Assembly: GCA_965198115.1 (NCBI GenBank)
Contig: OZ240241.1
Location: 2,272,001-2,336,000, forward strand
DNA: 64,000 nt
Direction: 5' to 3'
DNA from: Candidatus Latescibacterota bacterium
GTDB lineage: Bacteria; Latescibacterota; UBA2968
Part shown: positions 22,598 to 31,437 of the stretch, one piece after another
Layout of the letters: each line of letters starts with the position of its first letter
Numbering within the stretch: the first letter of the stretch is position 1
Notes under the pieces: model-generated
The model's database searches: none
The model's input: the letters and a program-made list of their open reading frames with translations, nothing else
What the model was told of the DNA's origin: nothing
Position numbers and translations under genes: made by a program

Positions 22598-23476
22598 TTG
22601 GGACTGACGAAAACCATCGACAAACACATCTTCCATCTCAAAACGGAAGGCTGGTGCCTGGTCGAAAACGTGATCCCAGCGGATCGTGTCGATGCCATCC
22701 GCGATCACGTGATCGCCGGCCACGATCGGGCAATCGCCGAATACGAAGCCTGGGGCGGTTCGCTCGGTTTTCAGAATGGCCCAAACGGCGAACCTGGCAA
22801 GAACGTTGTCCACTATGTACCGACACTCGGCGCCTACTTCGGCGATAAGCGGGTCGTCGGCATCGCCCAGGCCATCCTCGACCCTCACGTTCGCATCTCG
22901 CAAACCGAATTCAAAACCCGTCAACCGAACGACGTCAATCCAGCCTACCGCAGCTGGCACACCGACTTCCCACACGACCTGACTGATCGCGAACGCGCCG
23001 GCGCCGTCCTCATGCCGTTCCCGAGCGTCACGATGGGGTTGACCACCCTGTGGATCCTGGACCCTTTCGACGCTGACAGTGGCGGGACCTGGGTCGTGCC
23101 ACGCAGTCACCTGGATCTGCGTAACCCCCGCAGCCACCTCGATCCGCGCAATCCGCCTGAGCTGCACGACAACATCCCCATAGACAAACCGATTCCCGGC
23201 GAGATTCAGCTGTCCGGCTCGGCGGGCAGTGTGGTCATCATCGACAGTCGTGTATGGCACTCGAACGCCGCCAATCCCAGTCCCGAGCCCCGAGTCACTG
23301 TGCTTGCCCGCTACTCGCCCTGGTGGCTCAGCCTCGAGTTCGGCGGTCGAAACCACGCCATCGTCCCGCGCGAGACGTACGAAGCCATGCCCGACGAGGT
23401 CAAGCTCCTCTACCGTCACCGTGCCGAGGGACAGTTCGACCCCATCCGGATGGACCACTCATTTAGGCCTCACTAG
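22598..23476 (+). CDS. PhyH-family dioxygenase
   Basis: Motifs LKTEGWC, WHTD, GGTWVVPRSH, DSRVWH, R and RYSPWWL. The start is uncertain (TTG 22598 after GGAGG). Confidence 0.88.
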   Translation: MGLTKTIDKHIFHLKTEGWCLVENVIPADRVDAIRDHVIAGHDRAIAEYEAWGGSLGFQNGPNGEPGKNVVHYVPTLGAYFGDKRVVGIAQAILDPHVRISQTEFKTRQPNDVNPAYRSWHTDFPHDLTDRERAGAVLMPFPSVTMGLTTLWILDPFDADSGGTWVVPRSHLDLRNPRSHLDPRNPPELHDNIPIDKPIPGEIQLSGSAGSVVIIDSRVWHSNAANPSPEPRVTVLARYSPWWLSLEFGGRNHAIVPRETYEAMPDEVKLLYRHRAEGQFDPIRMDHSFRPH

Positions 23477-23479
23477 CCG

Positions 23480-23506
23480 CGTCCCTGTGCTCAGCACAGG
23501 GACGAG
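23480..23506 (+). repeat. hairpin family C, copy 1
   Basis: CGTCCCTGTGC-TCA-GCACAGGGACG followed by AG, directly after the stop. Confidence 0.6.
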
Positions 23507-23549
23507 TTGCACTTTCTATCATAGCAACTGTCGCGTCGCTCGTCCTCGT

Positions 23550-23574
23550 GCCTGTCCTGAGCGAAGTCGAAGGG
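23550..23574 (+). repeat. REP-like palindrome family A, copy 4
   Basis: GCCTGTCCTGAGCGAAGTCGAAGGG. Confidence 0.75.
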
Positions 23575-23612
23575 CTTTGCACGAGGACGCTGTTCCATCG
23601 ATCGAAGTGGAC

Positions 23613-25913
23613 ATGCAAACGCATACTGAAACCATCACCGCCTCCGACGGCACTTACACGATCCACGTAGGTGGCACGCTGGACGGTGTGAACACGCGTG
23701 ACCCCGTGGGCGGCTCACCCTACGAGCAGACCTACGAACCCAATCGCTACGTGCGTATCGAAAACGTCGGCGACACGGAGGTTGTCAACCCGTGGATCGT
23801 CGTGAACGGGAAGCGCGACTGGCGTTCGCTCGACCACATTCTCGCCGAGATCCTCACCGACGACACGATGGACGCCGAGAAAGCGCGTGCCATCTGGGAG
23901 TTCGCACGCAAGCACCGCTATCACTTCACCTGCGCCACCGATGAAGTCAAAGACACAGTCAAAATGCTCAACGTGTATGGCTACACCCTCTGTTGGGACG
24001 AGGCCTATACCGTTTCCAACCTCTGGCAGTCGGCTGGCCTGAAGGTTCGTCGTGGTTATCCACACGGCCACTGCACCACCGAGGTCTACTACGACGGGGC
24101 CTACCATCTTCTCGACAGCGACGAGCATCTCCTCTACCTGCTTCGCGACAATAAAACGATCGCTTCAGAGGCCGATCTGGCCCGTGATCGGGATCTCGTC
24201 AAACGGGGCCACGCCTACGGCGTCCTCCAGCACGAGAACATGGACAACGCCGAAGGCACCGCCGCCCTCTTCTTCTTCGACGGCCCACGCACGGGCGGTA
24301 GACCGCTGATCGGCAGTCATACGATGGACGTCACGCTCCGTCCGGGCGAAGCGCTCCTTTGGGAATGGGAGGATCGCGGGAAGTATCACGGCTACTGGGA
24401 TCGACCGAAGCTGCTCCGCAACGGGAGGATGCAATACGAACCCGATCTCTCAACGTTTGATCGGTGGGCTGATCGATCAGAAGGATGGGAAGGCACCGCG
24501 AATGGACTTCACCCCGAGGGCGGGGAAGTCACTCTCGAACTGACCGTTCGGAGCCCCTACGCCATCGTCGGAGGAAAGGTGGACCTGGCACTCCAGCGCG
24601 GTCCCAAAGACGAATTCCGCCTCAGTGTCTCGCGCAATGGCGAGGACTGGCACCCGCTCGAGGTTCCGGAGGATCAGCACCTCCAGACTTCCATCGACCT
24701 CGATGGCGTCCTTCGCCCCGATGCTCAAGCCTGCTACGCGTATACGATCCGACTGGAATCGACTGCGACCGATCTCCTGATCACGAAGCTCGCCCTCGAA
24801 ACCGATCTTCAGATGGCCCCGCTCGCCTTGCCCGCACTCGAAATGGGAGAAAACGAAGTCCGTTACACCTCGGAGTCGGGCGGCCAGGTTCGAATCACAC
24901 ACGCGTGGGAAGAGAAGGAGGCTTCGCCGGCGCCGGTTCCACCCTCGTCACCGTGTTTCCCGTTGAACGAAAGCGCTGTCCCCGGCACGAAGATCACTTT
25001 TTCCTGGCCAGCCGTCGAAAGCGCCACCGACTACCTTTTCGAGCTCAGCGACCGCGCTGACATGCGGTATGCGCTCTCCCCCGTCTTCGAAAAGCTCGTC
25101 TCGCTTACCCCCTCGAAGGGCAAGACCGAGTGGACGATTCCCTTCGAAGGACTCCTCAACCCGGGCCAGATCTACTACTGGCACGTTCGACCTCGAAGCG
25201 CGGGTGGACTCTGGGGAGCGTGGAGTCTCATCTGGTCTTTCACCCCAGACGCGCCGGACGTCCCTCTCGACGTCCACATCGTCCCCGATTGGGATGACCG
25301 CACACTCACGCTCAACTGGTCACCGAATGCTGACGGGAACGTTCCCGTTCACTACGAAATTCACGGCAGCGACGAGCGCGGGTTCACGGCCAGTCGCGAA
25401 CCCTACAGTGCGATGATCGCCAACGACGAGCGTGAAACACGCCCGCCCAATCTCATCGCGACTACGGATCAGACGTCTGTTCAGGTGGGTGGTCCATCCG
25501 TAACGTCCGGGAACTGTGCGTTCTATCGTGTCGTGGCCGTCGACAAGGATGGCAACCGCAGCGGTCCGTCAGACTTCGCGGAGGCACCACGCCCGATGAT
25601 CGTCTCGGTGCCGGCACCGACGGCAACGGCCGGCGAAACGTACGCGTATCAGATCCAGGCGATCACAGCCCTCGGCGAACTGCGAGCAGAACGTATAGAG
25701 AACCAGAACTATGTACGCGAAATCCGAGAGGCGGACGCGCCGCGATACTTGATCGACGAAGGCCCATACTGGACCTCGATCGATGAGGAAACAGGCGTGT
25801 TCACCGCATGCCCGGAGCCGAAACACCTCGGTTTCCATACGATCACTGTTCGCATCCAGAATGGTCAGGGCCGCTTCGATATGCAGGGGTTTGATCTAGA
25901 GGTAACAGAATAA
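23613..25913 (+). CDS. large transglutaminase-like (Cys-His-Asp) protein with FN3/Ig-like C-terminal domains
   Basis: YGYTLCWDEA...GHCTTEVYYDGAYHLLDSD, then FSWPAV..YYWHVR..WS and LNWS..YEI..YRVVAVD. ATG 23613; the upstream extension in the track runs over repeats. Confidence 0.75.
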   Translation: MQTHTETITASDGTYTIHVGGTLDGVNTRDPVGGSPYEQTYEPNRYVRIENVGDTEVVNPWIVVNGKRDWRSLDHILAEILTDDTMDAEKARAIWEFARKHRYHFTCATDEVKDTVKMLNVYGYTLCWDEAYTVSNLWQSAGLKVRRGYPHGHCTTEVYYDGAYHLLDSDEHLLYLLRDNKTIASEADLARDRDLVKRGHAYGVLQHENMDNAEGTAALFFFDGPRTGGRPLIGSHTMDVTLRPGEALLWEWEDRGKYHGYWDRPKLLRNGRMQYEPDLSTFDRWADRSEGWEGTANGLHPEGGEVTLELTVRSPYAIVGGKVDLALQRGPKDEFRLSVSRNGEDWHPLEVPEDQHLQTSIDLDGVLRPDAQACYAYTIRLESTATDLLITKLALETDLQMAPLALPALEMGENEVRYTSESGGQVRITHAWEEKEASPAPVPPSSPCFPLNESAVPGTKITFSWPAVESATDYLFELSDRADMRYALSPVFEKLVSLTPSKGKTEWTIPFEGLLNPGQIYYWHVRPRSAGGLWGAWSLIWSFTPDAPDVPLDVHIVPDWDDRTLTLNWSPNADGNVPVHYEIHGSDERGFTASREPYSAMIANDERETRPPNLIATTDQTSVQVGGPSVTSGNCAFYRVVAVDKDGNRSGPSDFAEAPRPMIVSVPAPTATAGETYAYQIQAITALGELRAERIENQNYVREIREADAPRYLIDEGPYWTSIDEETGVFTACPEPKHLGFHTITVRIQNGQGRFDMQGFDLEVTE

Positions 25914-26025
25914 GGATAGGACCCTGGACCCTCTGGCGAAGCTCGTTGGTCAGAGCCGCAAGCCATGGCATGAAAGTCGTTTCGCCGACATTGGCTTTAG
26001 CCGCCATCAGGTTGGGCCGCACTAA

Positions 26026-26568
26026 ATGAAAGAAGCCACCACAACAGAAGTGCGCATCGCCCCTCCCGAACAGAAACCCTTCCTGCTCAACCTGATCCCC
26101 TACTACATCTACGACATGTCCGAATACATGGGATGGGATCCCAACAGGAAGGGGCAGTTTGGCGGCTGCGACGAATTCATACAGTCCTGGGGAAAACCCG
26201 GGCAGGTTCCCTACTTCATTTACGAAAAGGACAAGGTAGCTGGCTTCGCCGGGGTCCACCCCTGTCCAGACGAACCGGAGCGGTCCGAGATCCAGGAGTT
26301 CTTCATCCTCAGAAGACACAAACGTCAGGGCGTGGGCACGAGCGCGGCCTGCCTGCTGTTCGATCGACATCCCGGACCCTGGCTTGTCCGAGTGATGGAT
26401 GAAAACGAGGGAGCCTGCCGGTTCTGGTCCAGGGTCATCGACGACTACACGGGCGGCACCTTTCAGCAGACCTCTCAGCAATATGTTTCCGAGCACTCAG
26501 GCACCTGGCCAATGCAGTATTATCGATTTGAGAGTATGAGCTATGGCAGCACCGTCGAACGAAAATGA
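26026..26568 (+). CDS. GNAT acetyltransferase
   Basis: Motifs EFFILRRHKRQGVG and NEGACRFW. Confidence 0.9.
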   Translation: MKEATTTEVRIAPPEQKPFLLNLIPYYIYDMSEYMGWDPNRKGQFGGCDEFIQSWGKPGQVPYFIYEKDKVAGFAGVHPCPDEPERSEIQEFFILRRHKRQGVGTSAACLLFDRHPGPWLVRVMDENEGACRFWSRVIDDYTGGTFQQTSQQYVSEHSGTWPMQYYRFESMSYGSTVERK

Positions 26569-27073
26569 TCGCCGATTGAGCCCCACCGACATCGCCATCG
26601 AAGAGGTGGATTCCGATCACCCGGATTGGCGAGAGTTGGTCCAGGTCATCGATGAAGAAAACCAGACCCACTGGGCATTCGAGAAGCACTTCGAACCGTT
26701 TGCGCGTCACTTCGTAGCGGCTAAATTGAATGACCGGATCGTCGGGTTCCTGATGTTCGTCGTCTGGGACATTGGCCCTCACGACCGGGGCTACGCTACA
26801 CTCAAATTCGGTGGCAAAACCCTGACGGAGGCCAAAATCATCGCCTTTGGGGTAAGAAAGGACCATCGTCGCCGCGGCATCGGCCGCGCGCTTCAGGAGT
26901 ACGTGCTGAATCGCGCTCGAGAACTGGGCTGTTACCAGGTGCGGTCGGTTAGTGGCAATGACCATCCCGAGAACCGTAACCTCAAACTCTCGATGGGCTT
27001 TGCCGTCGAACCCATGGAGCGTGACGAACCTAGTCTCGCCTTCGTCATGCCGCTGAGGTCAGACCTGTCCTGA
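26543..27073 (+). CDS. GNAT acetyltransferase
   Basis: Motif VRKDHRRRGIGRAL...LSMGF. Confidence 0.88.
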   Translation: MAAPSNENDRRLSPTDIAIEEVDSDHPDWRELVQVIDEENQTHWAFEKHFEPFARHFVAAKLNDRIVGFLMFVVWDIGPHDRGYATLKFGGKTLTEAKIIAFGVRKDHRRRGIGRALQEYVLNRARELGCYQVRSVSGNDHPENRNLKLSMGFAVEPMERDEPSLAFVMPLRSDLS

Positions 27074-27091
27074 TTGATTCAGGAGCTTCCA

Positions 27092-27240
27092 GTGAACATC
27101 AACCCGATCGATTTCGTCGTCTCGCAATTCGAAGACGCGAAGAAGCCCTTCATTTCAACAGGGACGTTCTCGGCACCGAGGCTAACCTGATCAACGACCA
27201 ATACGTCAGCGGCGATGGCCCGCGCTCAAGTCCGTCGTGA
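27092..27240 (+). pseudogene. N-terminal relic of a VOC/glyoxalase-like protein
   Basis: AGGAG, then MNINPIDFVV, with EEALHFNRDVLG in an adjacent frame. Confidence 0.4.
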
Positions 27241-27743
27241 ACACTTTCACCACCCGGAAGGTGACCGAGGCCGATCTGCCCGTCTTGAAAAGGGACACCG
27301 GCAGAGACGAGTCCAAACGCCTCAAACCCGATGGGAAGTCTTACCACCCTGAAAACTGCGTCATGGTCGTCGAAGAGGACGGCAAGATTATCGGATGCAC
27401 TGCCGTCCTCTTCACTCGCCCACACGGTTGGGGGGAAGGCGATCGGGATCATCTCTATCCCGAAATACGCGCTCTCGCCATTAACGATGAGCATCGCAAC
27501 AAAGGAGCGGGGACGCATCTGATCAACGCTGTAGAAGAAGAAGCGAGGTCACGTGGCTGCAAGCATCTTCACCTGAGTGTCAACCCCACGGAAAACCCCG
27601 GTGCATACCGGCTCTACCAACGCCTCGGATACAGAACGATCTCAGAGGAGGCACACCGACACTCCTGGACGTATACGGACGAAGAGGGAGTTACCCACGA
27701 AGTCGTGGAGTGGGTCATCGACACAGTTAAGGATCTGACTTGA
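27237..27743 (+). CDS. GNAT acetyltransferase
   Basis: Motifs HRNKGAGTHL and NPGAYRLYQRLGY. Confidence 0.88.
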   Translation: MNTFTTRKVTEADLPVLKRDTGRDESKRLKPDGKSYHPENCVMVVEEDGKIIGCTAVLFTRPHGWGEGDRDHLYPEIRALAINDEHRNKGAGTHLINAVEEEARSRGCKHLHLSVNPTENPGAYRLYQRLGYRTISEEAHRHSWTYTDEEGVTHEVVEWVIDTVKDLT

Positions 27744-27744
27744 A

Positions 27745-28982
27745 ATGATCAACCGTACCCGCACACTCGACTATCTGAAGCAGTGTGAGTTGGACGCCCT
27801 GGTGGCGACATCGCCGGTCAGCATCACTTACTTCACCGGCTTCTATTCGTGGCTTGGTGGACAGTTCAAAGAATTCATGGTCAAACCGGGTGGGAGCGGT
27901 AGCCTGCTGCCCTCCTTCGGGCTGTTTTCTGCCAACGGCGAATCTGCTCTGGCCGTCGAAGCGACCTGGGCTTGCAATACCGGAGATCTTCGAATCGAGG
28001 AGGTGCGCTTCTTCGGTGGAGGCATGCTCGACCACTCCGTGCCGCCGGCAGCGCTAGCGGAACCGCAGCAAAAACTCCATGAATCGATGATCGCCTCTCC
28101 TTACGCGGCGTCAGCCATCGACGCACTCGTCGATCTCTTGTCTGCAAGAGGTCTCACCGACGGTTCCATCGGCATCGAGCTCGACGGGCTGCCCGCACCG
28201 ACTCGGAAAGCCGTCGAGGAAGCGTTACCGAAGGTTCGGTGGAAGGATTGCTCGAATCTGATCCGTTTGATCCGAATGGTGAAAACAGAAGAGGAAATCG
28301 AGCACCTGAAGTCGGCGACGGAAATTGCGGAGAAAGCTGCGTTCGCGTGTCTGGCTGAGGCGGGGCCGGGCCATTCTGTGCTCGAAATGCGGCGGCATTT
28401 CCAGACGGAGCTGGCTACGCGAGGGGCTGAACCCGATCACTTCGCCTATTCCGTCAAGGGAATGGGCATCGCCACGGAAGCCGACTACCGACTCGAGGCA
28501 GAGGACGTGCTCTACGTCGATTACGGCTGCGTCCACGGCTATTGCTGCTCGGACAGCGGATTGACACTCGCGCTCACACCGTTGACCGATGAATTCAGCA
28601 GCAGCTATGATGCATTGTATGCGTGCATTCGGGCGGGGTGCGAGGCGATGCGGCCAGGCGCAAGGGCGTCATCCGTCTCGAAAGCGATGTGGGATGTGCT
28701 GCACGCACGAGGAGTAGAAGTTTCTTTTCCCCACGGTCACGGAATCGGCTTAGAAGTGGCGATTATCCGATCCTGGTCGCCGACACGGGTTTGAGGATCC
28801 ACGACGATTGCGTCGATGAACCCGCCGACCTGCCACTCGAAGAAAACATGGTCCTCAACCTCGAAGCCCCGATCTTCATCCCCGGCACGGCCTCCCTACA
28901 CATCGAACAGACCTTCCTCGTCGGCTCCAATGGTGCGACCCTTCTGGCGCCACAGGAATGCAGGAGACCCTTCGTGCCGTAG
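27745..28982 (+). pseudogene. M24 Xaa-Pro peptidase/creatinase-like protein, frameshifted near the C-terminus
   Basis: Motifs RMVKTEEEI, VDYG..SDSG and HGHGIGL. NLE and HIE fall in the next frame after about 28757. Confidence 0.85.
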
Positions 28983-29032
28983 AGACTCACTCTGTACTGC
29001 AATGATTCAGGATCTTTGAATCAGTTGTTGGG

Positions 29033-29064
29033 AATCGAGGATCTGGGCACCCAGATCCTCGATT
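29033..29064. terminator. perfect inverted repeat between convergent genes
   Basis: AATCGAGGATCTGGG-CA-CCCAGATCCTCGATT. Confidence 0.5.
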
Positions 29065-29257
29065 GTGCGCCGAGGGGGATGCTACTCAGATCTACGTTAC
29101 AGCGGCGCACCTGATCCCACGCCAGCAGACCCGGGGCTTTCACGCCTTCGCAGAGCTTCGGCGGCTGGCGCCCCGGGCTAAGATCTGCCGCCCTTACAGG
29201 GCGGAAAACTCTCTAAACCTCTGCGCGTGTTGAGGGCTTTTGGTTCGGCCCTGGCCA

Positions 29258-29275
29258 CTCAGTGTTCTCAGTGGC
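29258..29275 (+). repeat. 18-bp motif family B, copy 1
   Basis: CTCAGTGTTCTCAGTGGC. Confidence 0.55.
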
Positions 29276-30163
29276 GCCTTTCATGCTCTGACGAGGTCTT
29301 CAAGCACGTCCACAATCTCATCCACCTGAGGCACGACGGCCGCTTCCAGCGAGGGACTATAGGGCGTCGGTGTGTGCAGTCCGCTGAGTCGGCGAATCGG
29401 AGCCTTCAGGGCATCGAATCCATCGTCGACGACCTGCGCGGCGATCTCCGCACCGACGCCACAAGGACTGAACGCTTCGTCTACGATTGCCAGTCTCCCC
29501 GTTTTCCCGACCGACTCGAGGATCGTCTTCGTATCCAAAGGCGCCAGTGTGCGGGGATCGATCACCTCGATCGAAACACCCGATTCGGCCAGAGTCTCCC
29601 CTGCCTCCATCGCCCGGTCCACCATCGCACCTACCGCGACCACCGTCGCGTCCGTGCCTGGCCGTGCGATTCGCGCTTCGCCGAATGGAATCCCGTAGTC
29701 TCCCTCCGGCACCGGCCCCTTCTTCGAAATCAGCGATCGGTGCTCGAGGAAGAAGACTGGATCGTCGCTGTGTAGCGCGGTCGTGAACAGCCCCTTCGCA
29801 TCTGCCGGCGTCGTCGGCACGACGATCCTGAACCCGGGCAGGTTCATGAACGTGGCAAAGTAGTTTCCCGAATGGTGCGTCGCCGCTGAACCCCCGATTC
29901 CGATGCAGCCACGGAACAGAACGGGCATCTTCACCCGTCCGCTGCTCATGTATTGGATCTTGGCGATCTGATTCGCCATCTCGCCCATCGCGTCCAGCAG
30001 GAAGTCCAGAACCATGAAATCGACGGTCGGTCGTGACCCCGTCATCGCCGCGCCCGTACACATTCCCACAAACCCACGTTCGCAGATCGGTGTATCCCTT
30101 AACCGTTCGGGTCCGAATCGATCTGTAAAGCCCGCGGTTGTCTGGACACTCGGGTGAGTGTAT

Positions 30164-31057
30164 TCAGGCGGCCTTTCGAGTTGCCGTGAGTGCGTTTCTA
30201 GCCTGTTCGGGCGTCTTGTAGCCGTGACGTTCGATGATCCACCTGTGGTTGTATCTGTCCCGAAACTCAAGGAGTGCGAGGCGCAGGTCTTCGATGGTAC
30301 TGAAGTGTCTAACCCACAGGAGGTTTTCTTTGAGGGTACGGATGAACCGCTCGGCGCATCCGTTGCCTTCTGGCTCACGCACGAAACTCGGCGATGTTTG
30401 GACGCCGAGGAATGCGATCTCGTTCTGGAAGTCGTCAGAGACGTATTGTGACCCGTGATCGTGTCGGAGCTCCAGTCCTTCGGCGATGTTTTCTTCGAAG
30501 CCCCCGAAGTGTTCACGGATGCCCTGTCGGATCGGCTCGAGAGCCTCAAAGCGGTTGGCCGTCTTGGAGGCGTGAATGCCCACACACTCGCACGTGCAGT
30601 GGTCGATCGCGATAAACACGGAGGCTCTGCCCTCGTCGACCGTGGGCGTCACAGTCAGGTCGGTGCCCCACATCTGATCGGGCTTCTCGGTCGTAATCGT
30701 GCCATCGTGGGCTCGTCGTTCGCGACGCCGTCCTGGACGCGCCTGGAGCCCGTTTTCACGCATCAACCGGCGGACCCGATCCTTTGACGTCCGCATACCG
30801 TGAAAGCGAAGCCTGGCCCAGATCTTGCGGTATCCTTCGCCGTGGAAGGGTGACGCGTCGATCTCCTGCTGAATGAGGGAGACCAATTCCTCATCGGTAC
30901 CCGCTCCGACCGGGCCTCGCTTCCGGGGTTGCCGAAGATCGGTTACGGATGAACGACGAAGCTGGCTGTGCACCGTGGAACGGGGTATCTGCAACACTTT
31001 GCACACGCGTTTAATGCTGTAGCGTCTCCCCGTGGAGGGCGAAAGGACCTCACTCAT
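30164..31057 (-). CDS. IS3-family transposase OrfB (rve integrase core)
   Basis: Motifs GYRKIWARL, WGTD, RHDHGSQY and NGCAERFIRTLKE. Confidence 0.93.
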   Translation of the reverse strand: MSEVLSPSTGRRYSIKRVCKVLQIPRSTVHSQLRRSSVTDLRQPRKRGPVGAGTDEELVSLIQQEIDASPFHGEGYRKIWARLRFHGMRTSKDRVRRLMRENGLQARPGRRRERRAHDGTITTEKPDQMWGTDLTVTPTVDEGRASVFIAIDHCTCECVGIHASKTANRFEALEPIRQGIREHFGGFEENIAEGLELRHDHGSQYVSDDFQNEIAFLGVQTSPSFVREPEGNGCAERFIRTLKENLLWVRHFSTIEDLRLALLEFRDRYNHRWIIERHGYKTPEQARNALTATRKAA

Positions 31058-31437
31058 TTCCGCGACCTCCGATGCGCCAAAGGGCGGCGGGCTTCCAGAC
31101 GATCGATTCTTTGTTGCAGCAGCTCGTTGTCCATCGTGAGCTCGCCAATCTTCGCCTGGAGGTCCTTGACCCTCTCGTCACGCTCGTCGCTCGGACGAGA
31201 GCGTAGTGCGGCCTGGGCGCCAGAGTGGAACTGATCGCGCCACTCGCTCAATTTAGCTGCCGTTACTCCCAGATCGCGAGAGACGCTGTCGAGGCTCTCG
31301 CCACGCATCACACGTAATACGGCTTCGGCCTTCTTCTTCACGGAGAAACGACCCTGCGAAGTCGCGCTTGGATCGGCTGGGCCTCCGCTCGCTCTCGCTC
31401 GCTCCGCCCCAACCGATCCCCTGGTAGCCTTGTTCAT
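31054..31437 (-). CDS. IS3-family transposase OrfA (HTH plus leucine zipper)
   Basis: Motifs RFSVKKKAEAVLRVMRGES..LSEWRDQF and LQAKIGELTMDNELL. ATGA overlap with OrfB. Confidence 0.9.
   Translation of the reverse strand: MNKATRGSVGAERARASGGPADPSATSQGRFSVKKKAEAVLRVMRGESLDSVSRDLGVTAAKLSEWRDQFHSGAQAALRSRPSDERDERVKDLQAKIGELTMDNELLQQRIDRLEARRPLAHRRSRK

Noticed and set aside
25914-27743. Integron cassette array (co-oriented GNATs, GTTGGGC before 26026)
   Set aside because: No matching RYYYAAC inverse cores or repeated attC structures were found, genes overlap, and there is no integrase.
29281-30585. 434-aa ORF as a real protein (also 42171-43124 and 31468-32964)
   Set aside because: These are chimeras of host gene halves with off-frame IS or intergenic sequence.
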